A DNA stretch of 64,000 bases from positions 95,693,916 to 95,757,915 of the forward strand of contig NC_068981.1 of assembly GCF_001194135.2 (NCBI RefSeq), read 5' to 3'. Origin of the DNA: Octopus bimaculoides (Eukaryota). Below, piece after piece: positions 63,090 to 64,000 of the stretch. Positions within the stretch are counted from its first letter, which is position 1, and each line of letters begins with the position of its first letter. The position numbers were made by a program, and so were the translations under genes. Below the pieces are notes generated by a model that was given only the letters and a program-made list of their open reading frames with translations, ran no database searches and was not told the origin of the DNA.

Positions 63090-63413
63090 CGAGTCCTAAA
63101 TATCGGCCTTTTCCGTAACACCCGCACGATCTTCACTATGGTGTTAGGATTAGGGTTTTAGTGTCAGGGTTAGGGTTAGGGTTACGGTTAGGGACGGAAT
63201 TCTCTAATGCAAACCCCAAACCCAAACCCTAACCGTAAACCTAACCCTAACCCTAACTCTAAACCCTTCAAAATAAATCACGCTCTCTGTATGTCTTTCG
63301 CTGTTATGATGTTGTTTCCCTGTTTCTCTCCAACACTTTTTACAGAAAAGGCCGATCTTTGGTAAAGATTGCCAAAGACACTTTTTACGGAAAAGGCCGA
63401 TATTTAGGACTTG
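63090..63413. mobile_element. 324-bp TA-flanked MITE with 29-bp TIRs and internal inverted telomeric-like repeats
   Basis: cgagtcctaaatatcggccttttccgtaa and ttacggaaaaggccgatatttaggacttg (28/29 match); TA at 63088-89 and 63414-15. Confidence 0.85.
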
Positions 63414-63760
63414 TACTGAAAGATTGCCGAAAATGATTCTCTACTGTAGAGCAATGCATTAAGTGTAATACAGACCCAAATGTAATGTGAAGTCATAGTT
63501 TTGCTTCAGAAACAGGTTCATACTTTATGAACCAGCACATCTCCCCTACGATCATCCAGGGTAATGCCTTTTCCATTTTGTCTACTGAGGCCATGAGAAA
63601 TGTTTCCATATTGTGAGTGGACTTGGATTCGGAATGGAAGTTGCAGTGTGGCTGGTAGGAAAAGCATTTCTGCTTGGATTTCATTTCATTTTGTTGTTTA
63701 TGAATAATATATTTCTCTCTGAGGAAATTCAATTTGGTCAATTGTTGTATCATATTTAAG

Positions 63761-63883
63761 CTTTGGATGTTGGTCCAACGTAAATGGATGTATCTTGAAG
63801 GTATTTTTATTGGTGGTGACATTCGTGCTCAGTTACCTGAAGAAGCCAAGAAATTTGACCAAATTCATAAGATGTTTAAAAAG
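63761..63883 (+). CDS. DNAH10: DNAH10 exon 26
   Basis: LWMLVQRKWMYLEGIFIGGDIRAQLPEEAKKFDQIHKMFKK|gtaaga. Confidence 0.95.
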
Positions 63884-64000
63884 GTAAGACATCATTAAAT
63901 GATACTAATACAAGTTGTTTGACAGAAATTTTATGAAAGAAATTATTATTATTATTATTATTTCTTTTTATCTCAGATTTTGTTGGAGCTCCTGGAGTCT

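Larger units (their letters stand above)
13223..63883 (+). other. DNAH10: Dynein axonemal heavy chain 10 gene span (5' part, 26 coding exons, continues beyond the window)
   Basis: 26 GT-AG exons join in frame (4,941 nt). The start MDDLRVEW and blocks such as DNVRFLSTLERHFKNI, RMVWIISRHYNKDERMVPLMERIAWE, WEFDRKRLF and QRKWMYLEGIFIGGDIR match DNAH10 as I recall it. Confidence 0.95.

Noticed and set aside
63145-63266. Ancestral telomere-telomere chromosome fusion site
   Set aside because: The tracts are short, have a spacer, lie within transposon TIRs with a TA duplication, and sit in an intron of an intact gene.

Overview
AT-rich, repeat-dense animal genomic DNA; the SINE/LINE/microsatellite landscape looks coleoid-cephalopod (octopus-like), which is an inference. 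Two host genes sit head-to-head, with start codons 1,256 bp apart. (1) On the + strand is the 5' part of an axonemal dynein heavy chain, DNAH10. I reconstructed 26 phase-consistent GT-AG coding exons (13223-63883; 4,941 nt, 1,647 codons) covering the tail and DHC_N2 region, and the gene continues past the window. (2) On the - strand is the first coding exon of an ASPHD1/2-like aspartate beta-hydroxylase-domain protein (11966-11246). Its first Fe(II)-ligand His appears as Arg, and I could not find its second exon in the window. An RFX X-box lies between the two genes. Introns and flanks hold decayed mobile DNA: mariner/Tc1 copies and MITEs, RTE, R4/Dong, CR1 and L1/Tx1 LINE fragments, a Gypsy integrase tail, Helitron pieces (one with STPR 23-aa repeats), several tRNA-derived SINE families and about 20 copies of an RTE-derived (ATG)n-tailed repeat. 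I found no CRISPR array, rRNA or genuine tRNA gene, and no clearly new multi-gene system. The best leads are: the His-to-Arg ASPHD; a perfect recursive-splice site at DNAH10 exon 8; inverted retroelement pairs around in-frame exon blocks (circRNA/ADAR candidates); a foldback mariner made of two left ends and carrying an X-box; and a TA-flanked MITE containing inverted telomeric repeats. All alignments to known proteins are from memory, not database searches. Repeat boundaries are approximate unless TIR/TSD positions are given.
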